In this document: positions 49,984 through 63,340 of the stretch, piece after piece | How positions within the stretch are numbered: position 1 is the stretch's first letter | Layout: the number at the start of each line of letters is the position of its first letter | From: Epiperipatus broadwayi | Taxonomy: Eukaryota; Animalia; Onychophora | Length of the DNA stretch: 64,000 bases | Reading direction: 5' to 3' | NCBI GenBank assembly: GCA_028023455.1 | Contig: JAQFVV010000001.1 | Coordinates: 29,760,001 to 29,824,000, forward strand | Made by a program: the position numbers and the translations under genes | Notes under the pieces: generated by a model | Told to the model about the DNA's origin: nothing | The model's database searches: none | What the model saw: only the letters and a program-made list of their open reading frames with translations

Positions 49984-52900
49984 CTATTAAAAAAAATTAT
50001 TGGTTAATAAACAGAAAATGGAAGAAAATTCATTTATAACATTCCATTGCTATTATAATAATTTTAAAAAATGATAATTTTATTATGCGCAATATTCATA
50101 TAACAAAGAAAACTCCAAAATGAAGCATATTAATTCCAGAATAAAGTGATTTTTTAACAAACAAAAATATTCACTAATCTATGACACTATTTAACTTATA
50201 TTTTCAATTATCCAACCACACATACATATATAATAAAAAATCAACACACATACATGGTATGTACATATAGTTTACTATTTAGTTCAAACATTAAAAAAAA
50301 TCTGATTTAAATAAAGTCCTCATTCCCATGCAGTGTGAATGTCTTGTGATATACTGTAAAGTTAATTTTCAATTGTTTATCTGCACCATGGCTAATGATA
50401 AATATGTATATGATAGATAATAAGACTTAAGCAAAATTCATTTTATGTAAAAAATTATTTAACAGATCACTTATAAATAGAACACTGCTCGTATATACTT
50501 ATACTATGCATGATTTGTTATTAAAACTTTTTTTTAAATGTAGATAGATAATGGTTGTTCAGCACTATCAAAACATTTTGACAATAATTTAAAAAAAAAG
50601 ATAAAGACAGTCAGTCATGGGGTTAGTATCCATTACAGCATATCTCCCTCACCATCAGTAAAGGCTTTTTATACTAGTTGTATTTTTTTATTTTTATAAT
50701 CAGTGCATTGAGATTATTGAGATTTATCTGATTAACCAAGATTAATTAGAAAGTTCTACCATATAGCTAGATATCTATTTGCTGATCATTACTGGAAGGC
50801 TATCAATGTAGGCTAAAAGCCATCTACTTGAAAAAAAAATCCTAAGCCTGTCTGATATCAGAAAAAATTTCTAAGCTCACCTAATGCATGAGCTTTAAGA
50901 GAAAAGTTATTTTATTAATTACTGTACAAATTAGGCTTATGATGATGTAAAGGTGCTTGTACAGTTTAGTGCAATAATAGAGTAACAGATTCAAAAGTAT
51001 AGCTTTCTGAATTTAGACTCAACTTATCTATTCTGGTTTGCAAATGCAAAACGATCTTCTAAATAACTATATTGTTCAAGAAGTTCATTGTAAATTAAAA
51101 ATTAATTTTATAGATTTAAATGTATAATAATTTTCACTAACTATAATTAAATGTTTAAATTAAAAACTAAACAAAAAAAAATAAATCAATGGTGATTACA
51201 GAGCATCATATTGTATTTTGAAATATATAACATTTAAAATATGTAAATCTTGAGTAACAAATTACCAAACAGAGTGAATACCGATTTTACATAAGTTTAA
51301 GACAAAATTTAGATGTAGCTCCAAATACTATTAATAAATTTGAAATGTTTATGGTCAAAATATTTAACATTAGAGCCATTTAATTATTTAGTGATGCAGG
51401 ATAATAATTAATTATATTTACAAATGTATAATTCATAGAAAAAAAAATGACATAACAAAATTAATGAATAGAAAAGGCTTTTCTAATAATGGATTTGCTA
51501 TATAATGAGACAACACAATCAATCACTATGATATTCACAGTCCCTGACAGAATCAGAATCATTGATATATAAAATTACAAAAATTGAGATAATAGATGAA
51601 CTACATTGCACCTAGTACAGTTGCAATATGAGCATGACAATGAGCATTGATACACAATGATTTAACTTATCAAGAATCATATAGAAATCCATCTTCTACT
51701 ATTGCAAATATTGAATTTGTCTCAATCTATGATTATCAAGAATCAAATTTCCATATTAGTAATAAAAATTCATCTGAGAATGAATACTACTGTCCATATA
51801 GCCACTAAATAGACTAATGCTGGACAAAAATTCCTCTAACACATTCCTTTAATTAAAAAAAATTGTGAAGAAGATAGCTCTACAATGTAAATCAAGTGCT
51901 TGATGGAGAAAACTTAGTTTTCTATTATTATTTTCTAGACAAAAATAACAAGATATCCATTTATTGACTATTAAATGACTAATTGGGTTTTGTGATTAGC
52001 CAGCCATCGAAAAAAAATCCTAAGTTTGCTTAGAATCTGTAAAAAAAAAGTATTAAAATTTTATGCAGATTTGACATTGGAGGCAATTGTGTTTTATGCT
52101 AAGTTATGCCATAAAGCACATCATTGACTAATATCATTTATACATTTTTCATAATATACTGATACATTAGCCATGAGAAGTATATATGCGGTATATATTT
52201 CCCACAAATAAAACCATCAGTCAAATAAATGAATTACAATAAATAAATAAACGACCATTGAGTTTATTCACTTGAGTACTTTTGAAGCCTTTATTATCAA
52301 AGCTGTGTGAAAAATAAACTGCAGAGTAAAACAAACAAACAAACAATATTAAATAAATAAATTTGAAAAGATCTTTAACATTTTGGTAATAGGATAATCA
52401 AACTCTTGTGTAGTCAAAATACTCAAGTTGCTTTACCCCCCCCCCCCCTGCTTCCAAGTTAACAGTCAAGGACAACAAAAAATATTTCGATACAATTAGT
52501 GCTCATTTAATTTAAAATCAAAATTATTGACAGTGTACAGTGTTATTTTTGCTATTGAAAAAATGAAGGAAAAAAAGTATAAGATAGAATTACTTTGTAT
52601 ATGAATGTTATTAACTTCCAGTAACCAATTTCCAGTACTATAATAATTTTAATTGTTTATAATTATTATTTTCTTTTTTTAAAACATTAACAAGTAAAAT
52701 ATTTTTCGTATTTAAAATTGGTTCAAGTATTAATATATTTTAATAATACAATATATAAATAACTTTTAAATGTACTGTATATAGTTTAGATTTAATGCTA
52801 AAAACAAAAATTTAGCAGAAAGTTTACAATATAGAAATAATAAAAAGTATTTGAATTCACCAAGAATCATGATTGGTTTTGTAGGAGGAAAACTCTCTAA

Positions 52901-54249
52901 ACAATATTATATATGTCCATTTATCAGAAAACACTGATTCTGTAATAACCTTTATCTAATTGTAAATGTTGTTTTTTTAATTATTGACTAAATTTAAAAG
53001 AGCCGGAATTATGTATGAGATGAGGTCTGCAAGCATACAGAAAATATTTAGTTAATTGTTCAGAATAAATATTGAAGATTAAGCAATGATTCACAAAATT
53101 TTATATTTAGCCTAAACAAAAACCTTAAAGCAATGAAATTTTCCATTATTTGTGTGAAAAAGATTGTACATGAAGAACAGAATATATGTTTAACTTATTA
53201 ATCATATTCAATCAAATCTCCAAAACAGTATTAGGGATGCTTGGATATGTGTGTTTAAAAATGCTGCTGATGGGTTTGAGATGTGGAAACTGCTGCTGGT
53301 GCACATTTAAAACTAATAATTAAATCTTGAAACAATTTTATTATTTACTTTACTTTGGCATTATCTGTATTTTATTAAAATAGATATGTTTAATCCTATC
53401 ATTTAAGACATTTTTTAAAGATTCACATTTTATTCACACTTTGTATTTTAATGTCATTAAACTATTTTTTAATAATGATATATATTTTAAAATTTTGAGA
53501 GTTTATTAAACACGTATAACTTCATATATAAATATTTTTTTTATTGTTTCAAAAAATATTTGAAAAGATTCATTTTCTTTCAATTTTTTCCCCTTTAATC
53601 ATAAATTATTAATGCAGAAAATAATTACACTCTCTATTTCTTGATATCCATTTATAAAAAAATTTATTATCCATAACTTTCTTCTTAAAACTATATCTTA
53701 TAGATTTTGAAAAGTGATTTCGTGTATTATTTCAAATTCATCTTTCTGAGCATATTACAGACTTGTTCTTGTCCAATAATAATACCATCAATATTTTTAT
53801 TATTTAATTGCTTATGTCTAAAAACTCTGCAATTTCTTAATGATATTGTTGATTTCAGTTTTAATTACATTGAAAATCATTTGGAAAATGAAGAATAGTA
53901 TTGGTCAAACAGTTCACATGTTTGTATTGAACTATTTCCATCATTGAATTGAATTGTTAAATACTATTAGAGAAACTTAAAACTTTATTTTTGAAATGTG
54001 TAAGCTTATGGTTAAGACCTGTAGAGGTTCCTACCTTCGCATTTTCAATCGCACAAGCTTTAGGTTTATTGCCTTGGTAAAAAGTACATTCAACTGTTAG
54101 TAATAACACTTAAATCAGCAGCAAACACAACATTTGAAGTAGTCCTTTTTTCTTCAGGTATTACTGGCTTTACCAGTGACAATTTAGCTTGGGAAATGAG
54201 CTGTAACTTTTTAGACTGGTAAATACTGAACTAAATATGATGCTATAAT

Positions 54250-55200
54250 CAGTTACATTATTTTACCAAAGACAATACAGTCAAGGAAATTGTATATACT
54301 TATATGAGGATGCTTCTGATTTCTCTATTTATTTTTTTTTGTTTGATTATGTTAACATATGGGGCTATTTACCATTTGCCCAATGAACAACTTCTTCAAA
54401 GTTTTTGCTTTTTGATTAGTATTACTGTTTTTGTAATGGAACATATACTTATTGATATAGGCATGATCTCTTATTTTATTAGATTTTTCTATCTTTACCA
54501 CTCTAATCATTTTGTATTCTTTTATTTAATTTTTCAATAGAGCATTTAGTTTCACTGATATAAGTCTTTCACTATTCACATAATATTTCATAAATGCAGT
54601 TTGTTCTTCAGCATTTCATGCTTAGGTTTTGTAAGCTAAGAGTTCCTTGCAGTGTGCTATGGCTTTAGAAAGCTGAGTGATCATTTTCTTTAACTTGTCT
54701 GATATTTCTGAAGTGCTTATTACTGTTCTTTTGTTTTTTGATTTTTATATATATATATAAGGTTTTTATAATAACAGCTGATGGATAACAAATCTTGGAG
54801 AAGAGTTTGTTTTATAGTGAAAGTTGTAAATAACTTTCTTTTTGAATTGCTCCATAGTGGCAGCACAATTCCACTTTTTGTGTTTCTGTCTATGATTGTA
54901 CGTGTATGTCAAACATTTTCTAGTGTGTTGATTTACTTACATTAGTTTTGATTTTTCCATGAGATAGTCTTATCACAAGAATATCTAAAAATGTTAATTT
55001 TTGTTCTGGTTCTAATTTTAATTGTAGGAAATATGTTCTTGATGTTCGTCCAGAATGTTTGTAATAGTTTTATATCATGTCATCATATAATAAATGTATC
55101 ATCGGTATAGCAAAGCAAGACATTTAGTGGTGATGGATTAGTGTTTATGGCTGAGATTTTCACAATTCTATGTGAATGCTTTTAATCAGCTGTGATAGTG
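54250..55200 (-). mobile_element. Penelope-like element RT/thumb remnant
   Basis: Minus frames give CYTDDTFII (55086-55109 for YTDDTFII), FPTIK...EQKLTFLDILV and an HK.G motif, typical of PLE RT. Confidence 0.7.
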
Positions 55201-55904
55201 TTGAACACATAGCTATATCTTGATTTTGCTGAAAGAATTTTGTGTTATATTCAAAACATTTCATTGAAATATTAAAACTTTAACTATACTATCAATAAAA
55301 AAAGCTCTTTTTTTGTTTTCTATTTAGTTTTCTTAATGATAACTGAAGGATAATAATTCCTCATGAGAGTGTTCCATTTGGACTTTTCTTTTTTCAATTC
55401 TCTGGTTCTGAACAAATTTCTTTTGCTATTTGACATAGTATAATTCTACTTTTTAATACCAAAGGTATATACAATCATTACATGGCAAAGCAAAACAAAA
55501 ATTATTGTTTAAAGAAAATCTGTTACATTGGAAAATATTTGATATATACAATTATTGACACAAACATAAAAAGTGGATTTCGAGCAAAAGAAATTTGTTC
55601 AAAAACTAGTGATTTAAAAATAGAAAGTTCAATGTAGGACACATTCTCATAAAAATTGATTACCCATCATCTATCATTTCTTCTTGCTCTAACTGTGAAT
55701 TTAATTGAAGAAGATATGCCTGTGTCCAGAGTACTTTATAATAGTACTTCAACATCTGTTCATGTAATGAATGTGTCATTGTCATAGCGAAAACAGACTT
55801 TTGACGGGGATAAAATATTATTTATGGCTGTCATTTCAAGTTTTTAAATGTAAATGTTGCTAATTAAGAATAATATTGCTTGGAAGTTCATAAGAAGTTT
55901 GAGT

Positions 55905-55970
55905 GCCAGAATCAATCCTGGGATCGCCCAATCCCATGTTTGACGCTCTACCAACTGTGCTAAACTGTAC
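55905..55970 (-). mobile_element. tRNA-derived SINE head or tRNA pseudogene
   Basis: Minus strand has an A-box TAGCACAGTTGGTAGAGCG and a B-box-like GGATTGATTC. The cloverleaf is not intact. Confidence 0.6.
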
Positions 55971-56218
55971 AGGTTGCTAATCCAGGGTGATAATGGTGAA
56001 TTTATAGCCATATTTTGATTTTATTGGAAAAAATTTGTGTTGTACTGAAAATATGCAGAACATTAAAAGTTTTATTATATTATTAAGACAGGAAAGTTTG
56101 TTAAGGTTTTAGACTTTCAGACTCATTCAATCTTTTTCTTATTATGAAAAATGCTTCATGATGAGAACAACTGGTTTTTTAATTATCGTTTAATATTTTG
56201 CATATCAACATACTTTTA

Positions 56219-56345
56219 ATTAAAACAGGCAAAACTCTCCATACAGTAGTGCCACTCAGTGCAAGCCAGAGTAATCAATGGATGCCAGATTATTCTGGCT
56301 TGCACTGAGTGGCACTACTGTATGGAGAGTTTTGCCTGTTTTAAT
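56219..56345. repeat. Near-perfect 58-bp inverted repeat with 11-nt loop
   Basis: 56219-56276 versus 56288-56345, one mismatch. Confidence 0.95.
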
Positions 56346-56877
56346 AATAGTTATGAGCAAGCATAAGAAATGGTGATCATGTGGTTTAAACATACTTTTA
56401 AATCAACATAGAATTATTCCAACAAAAGTGAGGTATGGCTATGAGTGGACCACTGTCATCTCTAATTAGAAATACTTACATAGAAAAACTTGAACTCACA
56501 ACCACATATAGTATTTCATCCTCACCAATAGTCTAATTTGGTTATGTTGATATTTTCATACATGGCAGATTTTGGAAGCACATAAACATATTGCCTTCAT
56601 TTTAATATCAATTATAATAAATAACAAAAATATTATATACTATGGTTATATAAATATATATATATTAATAATTATACATAAAAAAAAATTTTTTTTTGAT
56701 ACATGATTTTATCTTATGCCTTTCTCAAATGTTAAACATCTTTTGTTAACCAATTACTGCAGATAGAACACTATCTAGAGTTCTATAATGGAAGTAAAAT
56801 AATAATAATAAAATAAAAAATGAATAAAACAATAAAATTATGATAGAGATTCAATAAAAATTGAAAGAATTGATTAT

Positions 56878-57120
56878 CTAACATAATATACAGAATAAAT
56901 AAAAACATACCCTATCAAGTACTAAATTTATTGAAGTATTATAAACATTTGTACAATTCTTTAAATTATGTTTAATATAAGGTTTAATATTTTTTGTAGC
57001 ATTATGTCCTATGTTAAGGTAAATGTATAAAGTAGATTTATCACTTAGTCTATTAATTATCATGTCATGTTCACTGGTTCTAACATCTAACCTTTTCCCT
57101 ATATGACCATAGTAAATCAT
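56878..57120 (-). mobile_element. Penelope-like GIY-YIG endonuclease remnant
   Basis: ORF YYGHIGKRLDVRTSEH...S.L..HLN.GH resembles YIGQT.R.L..R..EH of PLE endonucleases. Confidence 0.6.
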
Positions 57121-57578
57121 ATTGCAATGGTCACAATTAATTTTATATACAATTTATTTTTTTATTTTATGTCAAATTCTTATTTTATAATTACCTATTA
57201 ATTTTTCTAGACTTTTTCACTATTTGATAATCCAATATTTATACATTTATCAATATAATTTTGGTTTGTATTATAAACTTTGAAATAATATGGAAGTTTG
57301 ATCATTTTTTATTTTAACTATTGTTACTATCATCATTATAATAATTTTGCATAGAAAAATTATCTAATATAGATTTTTTATAATTGAAAAATATATTTTT
57401 AATATTTTTAGGGTTATGTCCAAAATCTTTATATAACTTAATAAATTGTTTCTTTTGTAAATCAACAAAAGTTTTATCTATATTATAGTTATTTCTATAT
57501 AATTGTCACCTTTTGTAACCATACTTTTTGTAAATCTATAGGAATATTTATCCTTAATATACCTTCTGTAATAAATAA

Positions 57579-57960
57579 TTTACTATCAAATTAGAACAAG
57601 AATAAAATGGTATTCTTAAATATTCTCATGCCAACTTCATGGAAAAACCAAAACTGTTGATTGCAGAAAAGCTAATAATATAATGTCACTTTTTAATGTT
57701 TCTATTATGACTGATAATTTACTAGCAAATTAGAACAAAAATAAAATGGGTATTCTTAGATATTCTCATGACAACTTCATGGAAAAATTAAAACTATTGA
57801 CTGCAGAAAAGCTAATAATATAATGTCACTTTTTAATGTTTCTATTATGACTGATTAACAGAAACACAAAAAGTGGAATTATATACAGAGCAAAAGAAGT
57901 TTGTTCAAAAATCTAACATAACACAAACTCTCATGAAAAATGGTTATCTATTAGCTATCA
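57579..57960 (+). mobile_element. Penelope-like RT/thumb fragment containing a ~139-bp tandem duplication
   Basis: Duplicated tttactatcaaattagaac...gactgat at about 57579 and about 57718. It is followed by cacaaaaagtggaatt...agagcaaaagaagtttgttc...aatggttatc, matching the HK.GII.RA..ICS...NGY pattern. Confidence 0.5.
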
Positions 57961-58368
57961 TTTAGAAAATTTTAAATAGACAACAAAAAAATAAATAAAA
58001 ATAAAACCAAAACATCAATACATACTACTGAGTATTCATATGAGAGATATCAGACAAAATAAAAATCTGCAACCAATTTAATATCAAAATAGTTTTCCAA
58101 ATTCATAACAAAATCAAATAATTCTAATTTCTATAAAACTAAAACATGAAATCCTAAAAAATAATAAATCTATGAAATTTCATGTACGAAACATCATACA
58201 TCAGTGAAACTAATTACTCCATTAAAAAATATTAAAAAAAATTCAAAATATGAAAGAAAAAAGATGCTATGTCTAAAGTGGCAGACTATGCATGCACCAC
58301 AACAATATTGGGCAGAGAAATAAAAAGAAAAAAAAATGAAGAAAAGCTGCAAACATGATAATGACAAA

Positions 58369-59105
58369 TAATCCCATAAGCCAATCTAGTGTGATAATCC
58401 ATATTCAGAAGATCACATCACTCATTAATTTTGCCTTTAAATAAAAATAGAATAAAAAAAAGGATCTTTATTGTAACAGGTCTACCCCTATTTTAACGTA
58501 TTAATATTTATTCTTTCCTTTAATCTAACTAGTGATGGAAATATAGTCATGATCAAACCTGTGTGTAACCAAATTCTTGGTTCACACCATTTAGTAATAT
58601 AAATTTAATATTCATTTTATTAATCACTTAAAAAATAATGGGAGATACAATACAGATAACGGATCTACCCCAAATTGTATTAACTAATATTATCAAAATG
58701 AATAAGCCTACTACCAATGTCTCAGATAACTGTGACTAATCCCATAAGCCAATCTAGTGTGATAATCCATATTCAGAAGATCACGTCACTCATTACTTTT
58801 GCCTTTAAAGAAAAAGGATAAAAAAAGAATCTTTATTGTAAACAGGCCTATCCCTATTTTAACGTATAAATATTTATTCTTTCCTTTAATCTAACTAGTG
58901 ATGGAAATATAGTCACAATCAAACCTGTGTGTAACCAAATTCTTGGTTCACACCATTTAGTGATATAAATTTAATATTCATTTTATTAATCACTTAAAAA
59001 ATAATGGGAGATACAATAGAGATAATGGATCTACCTCAAATTGTATTAATTAATATTATCAAAATGAATAAGCCTACTACCAATGTCTCAGATAACTGTG
59101 ACTAA
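58369..59105. repeat. Tandem duplication, 368-bp unit x2
   Basis: taatcccataagccaatctagtgtg starts at both 58369 and 58737; near-identical to gataactgtgactaa. Confidence 0.93.
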
Positions 59106-60929
59106 CTACTTGCTATATTTTCCTCAATAAAATAACTCCCTTAAAATAGATATATTTAATTGACCCTCATATATTTATGAGCATTGACTTATTGAGTAAA
59201 AATTACATCAGTACTATTACACATTGATTTCTCGTATATTAATTGGATATTTGCCCAACCTGTTCCAATTCAGTATCTCAAAGGGGTGGGGGTGCAAGCA
59301 CAGTTGGAGCACAGATCGTTCATGAGTAAGAATATATGACAATTTCATTTGAGTAATTTTTATGCTATATATAAAATCTCTTTCCCAAACCTTTCTGTAA
59401 AATAGGCTAAGACCTAAGTCTAAATTTGTTAGAATTCACTATTTCATCAATCTAAATGAATTATTTACTTTATAAGCCCTCTATATGACTAATTGTATAA
59501 ATTTGGCAGAAATCCGTATATATAAGTAAGTAAATAATTAGAACTATAAAAATAATTACATATATATTATGAAAAGACATACATCAAAAATCTTTTAATT
59601 ATTGATTCCCTAACATTTAGTATTGGTACAATACACTCGAACAATTTAAATATAATGATTAATGTACTAATTATGTTTACATTCTTTATTACATTTAAAA
59701 CATATTTGACAGATATAAAACATTTAAAATTATACATATAACAAAATAACACCTTTGTCCCCGGGAATGGATAAGATTACTACTTGTCGGTAAGCTTACA
59801 TTTAGGAGACCAACAATATTCATTACTATAAACAGTTCACTCTTTGTTTTTTTTTGTGGGTGTCCAATGTTCAGTTGAGAGTCACATTTAAGATTTCCTA
59901 TATTTGTCAGCAAGTCTTTAATGCAATATTTGACGGTGATAGGCAGGCGGGGGGTCGGTTCCGATGATTTGTGGGCACTAGGTAGAAGTCCAACACGCTT
60001 TAGCTTTACCCCACTCTAATCATATCATTTATTTTACTTATTTATCCTTTTTGCAGTTTCTTAAAAAAAATTTTTTTTTCTCTGACTTTCTTTTTATACC
60101 TTCCTTTGCCTATCCGGATGCCACGAACTTTCTTTTGGAATCTTCTTTCTTTTTCTTCCATTTCTTTAAATCAATTACATAAAAAATATAAAGTATTTTG
60201 GCACATGATCAGATTAGTTTAAAATAAAATTATTCCTGATGTTTATTTGCTTTGATGAAAAACTATTTTTGTACATTTACATCTTTCTTTTGACTGATTA
60301 CAAAATTTGAAAAAAAGCAGGAAAAATAATCTTTTATTGTAAATGTAGATTTTCCAAGAATTTGGAGATATAACAATGGAAAAACGAATAGACAAAACAA
60401 AAAAATATATACAGAAAGCATCTTTATCTCCAAATTAGATTTTTATATATTAACATAAATTATTATTATATATATTAAAATCCTCTCATAATATCTATAA
60501 GTGAAAAAAAAAAATCTATATTTCCATATATATATGTGCTGGTTATATGTTGAACATATGTGTGGGATTTAGATAAAGATTTTGTGGTGAGTAGTTGGCC
60601 CATATAACAGGGCTTGAATCTGTATCCCATTACAATTTAAAAAAAAAAAAAAAATGGATAAAAGAATGATTTTTATAGATAAACAAATAAAATTTATATT
60701 AACCGTGACCATAGGCAGAATAGTTCAATTAGTTATAGCGCCACTTTAAATTTAGTATTTCTAAATGTAAATTATCAAGTTAGGTTATCATTGGTCTAAA
60801 AATAATATATTTCACACAATAGATTATGTATTAATAGAGAAAGAGGGCATGAATAAAGTACAGAAAATTAAAGTGTTTGATAATGTAGAATATGTAATAG
60901 TGATCATAATTTCTTCATAATAGAAATAG

Positions 60930-63340
60930 TTAGTAATGTGATGGAAAATAACAATAAAAGTAGAAAGGACAGTGAAAGATATGGTGGGAGGATAAATTTT
61001 AAGAATAAATTAGAAGAATATAAACTAAAAATAGAAGAAATCATGCAAGAGTTTGTTAGGCATGAGTATAAGGACTGGTGTGGTGAAGTTGAAAAAGTGT
61101 TAAATAGGATTTTAGGTGAGAATATTCAGAAGAATAAAATAGAAAAGTGAGAATTAGTAAAAGTATAAAAGAGAGTAAACATGCAGAGAATGTAAATGTG
61201 CTATTAGAAACAAAAAAAGTGAAAATGACGTTAAAATGATGAGAAAAAAGAGTGTAGCTTAGAGAATAATTAGAAACAATCTTAAATAAGTATGTAGTGG
61301 ACATAGAAAAGATGTTAGATGTGAAGGACAAAGTGATAACAAACATAAAAGCACATAGTAATGGAAATATTAGTTTTACAGATAATGAATTGAATGAGGC
61401 AGGGAAGAAATTGCAAAGTGGAAAGGCAAGAGACTTAGATGAATGGGCAACAGAGATAGTGATGAATTTGTGAAATAGGGCAAAATTAAATCTCAGAAGA
61501 CAGAATTTCCAATATCTAGAATAATACAACAGTGAGGCGATTATTTAAAGAAAAGAGTAAGGACTATAGAAAGATAAACAATTATAGATTGGTAGCAGTA
61601 AAGTCAATGTTATATAATGTTTTTGTATATATGGTGACAAAATGGATGGGAAAAAAATAATAGTGGGAGAAATGCAACATGGTTTTAAAACGGATAGGCA
61701 TATAGAAAATAGTTTATTTGTAGTCATACAACTTATTGATATGAGTAGGAATACAGGAAAGCAATTATATATGGTCTTTATAGACATAAAGAAGGCATAT
61801 GATAAAATAAATAAAAATAGATTATGGGTAAGTTTAGTAAATTTGGGAATGAATGGAGCTTTAGTGGATCTTATTAAGAAATCGTATAAAAATAATTACT
61901 ATATGTATCAATTAGGAAGTTAAAATATGGGGTGGGACTACGGCAAAGATGCCCTATGTTACTGATTTTGTTTTTGCTGTATTTGAGAGAAATGGAGAGA
62001 GCAATAGCAAGACTAGAAAGAAGGGTATAGATGCCACTAATAGATGGCAAAATGGAGTGTATACATTATTAATGGGCTTTTATTTGCTGATGACGTTTTC
62101 TTTTTCACAGAAAGTAGGAAAAATGTGGAAGTTATGGTGAAGATTGTGCAAGAGTGGGTAAAGAGATGGGGATTAAATTCAGTGAAGAAAAATCAAAAGT
62201 AATGATGATAAATACTGGGGAAAGAGAAGAGAAAAATTTTTTATTGGGGAATATAAAGTTAAATATGATGAATAGATATAACTATTTGGAAATTTTCTTA
62301 AGTAATCAAAGGAATTCGCTTGGATGAATGTGAGAAAAAAATTGATAAATGAAGCAAAGAAAACAAAGGGACTGATAATAATGTTTTCATATAATAAATA
62401 TGATGTAGCAAAAATTGTATGGAAGGAAGTAGCAGTAGCAGGATGAACCTTTGGTGACTATGCATGCTAGTAAAGGGGTGTTAGATTACTTAGAAAAAGT
62501 GCAAGGAGAAACAGGAAGTCATAAATGTATTAGATGCAGATGTGTGGATGGCAAAGGAGGCAATTCAAGGAGAAATCAGATGGGCAAGATTTTATAGAGA
62601 GATACAAAAAATAAAATGAAAATATTTGATAGATTGCAATTTATGGATAGTTTTAAGAGAGTAGCCAAAATGGTATTTAATTGGATTAATAATAAAGGAC
62701 AGGCAACAAGATGGGTGAAAAAGATAGTATGGTATGCAGAAGATTTGGATAAAGACTTTATGTCATTACATTTATACAAAAAATGGTATGATTGTGTTAG
62801 AGAATTATTGAGTGTTATAGTGGCAAAGAATCAGATAAAAGAACAGACGCCTTAATCAAAAATAGGGAGCTGGAGAACTAGTATGGAGAAAAAAAAAGTT
62901 TAAATATATATATAGAAGTAAATAGAATATTGCATGCAAGTTAAATTACAATAATAGCAAAGAAAGTAGTTTACTGTTTAAGGCTTAAACAGGATTGTTA
63001 GCAAAAGGGACTATACACATAAATGGAGAAAGATGGGTGATTTAGTTTGTAAGTTATATATATATAGGGTATATGAGCACAGACTTTCACACAACCCACC
63101 ACTCTCCACACTATCTCACAACACTGATACACTTGAAAACATATATGCTGAAAAGATAAATAATCACCAATATACATAAGAAAGGCACAGAAAATATTAG
63201 GCATCTGCTAATTGAATATAAATGATTACAAACAGAAAAGGTACAAATAATGAAGTTGTGGGAAAATAAATATAAACAAAGTGATTATACAGAAAGTGGG
63301 TTCTTGGTTTTTGTGTTGGGTTTAAAAAAAGATAAGAAGG
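60930..63340 (+). mobile_element. Decayed non-LTR retrotransposon (LINE) ORF2
   Basis: Purine-rich broken frames give GKARDLDEW, EMQHGFK...LYMVFIDIKKAYDKI (61642-61923) and LFADDV at about 62080. Many stops and frameshifts. Confidence 0.8.

Noticed and set aside
60100-60165. Exon-like minus segment MEEKERRFQKKVRGIRIGKG with a gtataa donor
   Set aside because: Not similar to the expected SLD5 N-terminal exons; low-complexity purine tract.
61056-61787. 157-aa and 80-aa hydrophobic minus-strand ORFs
   Set aside because: Antisense shadows of the purine-rich LINE on the + strand.
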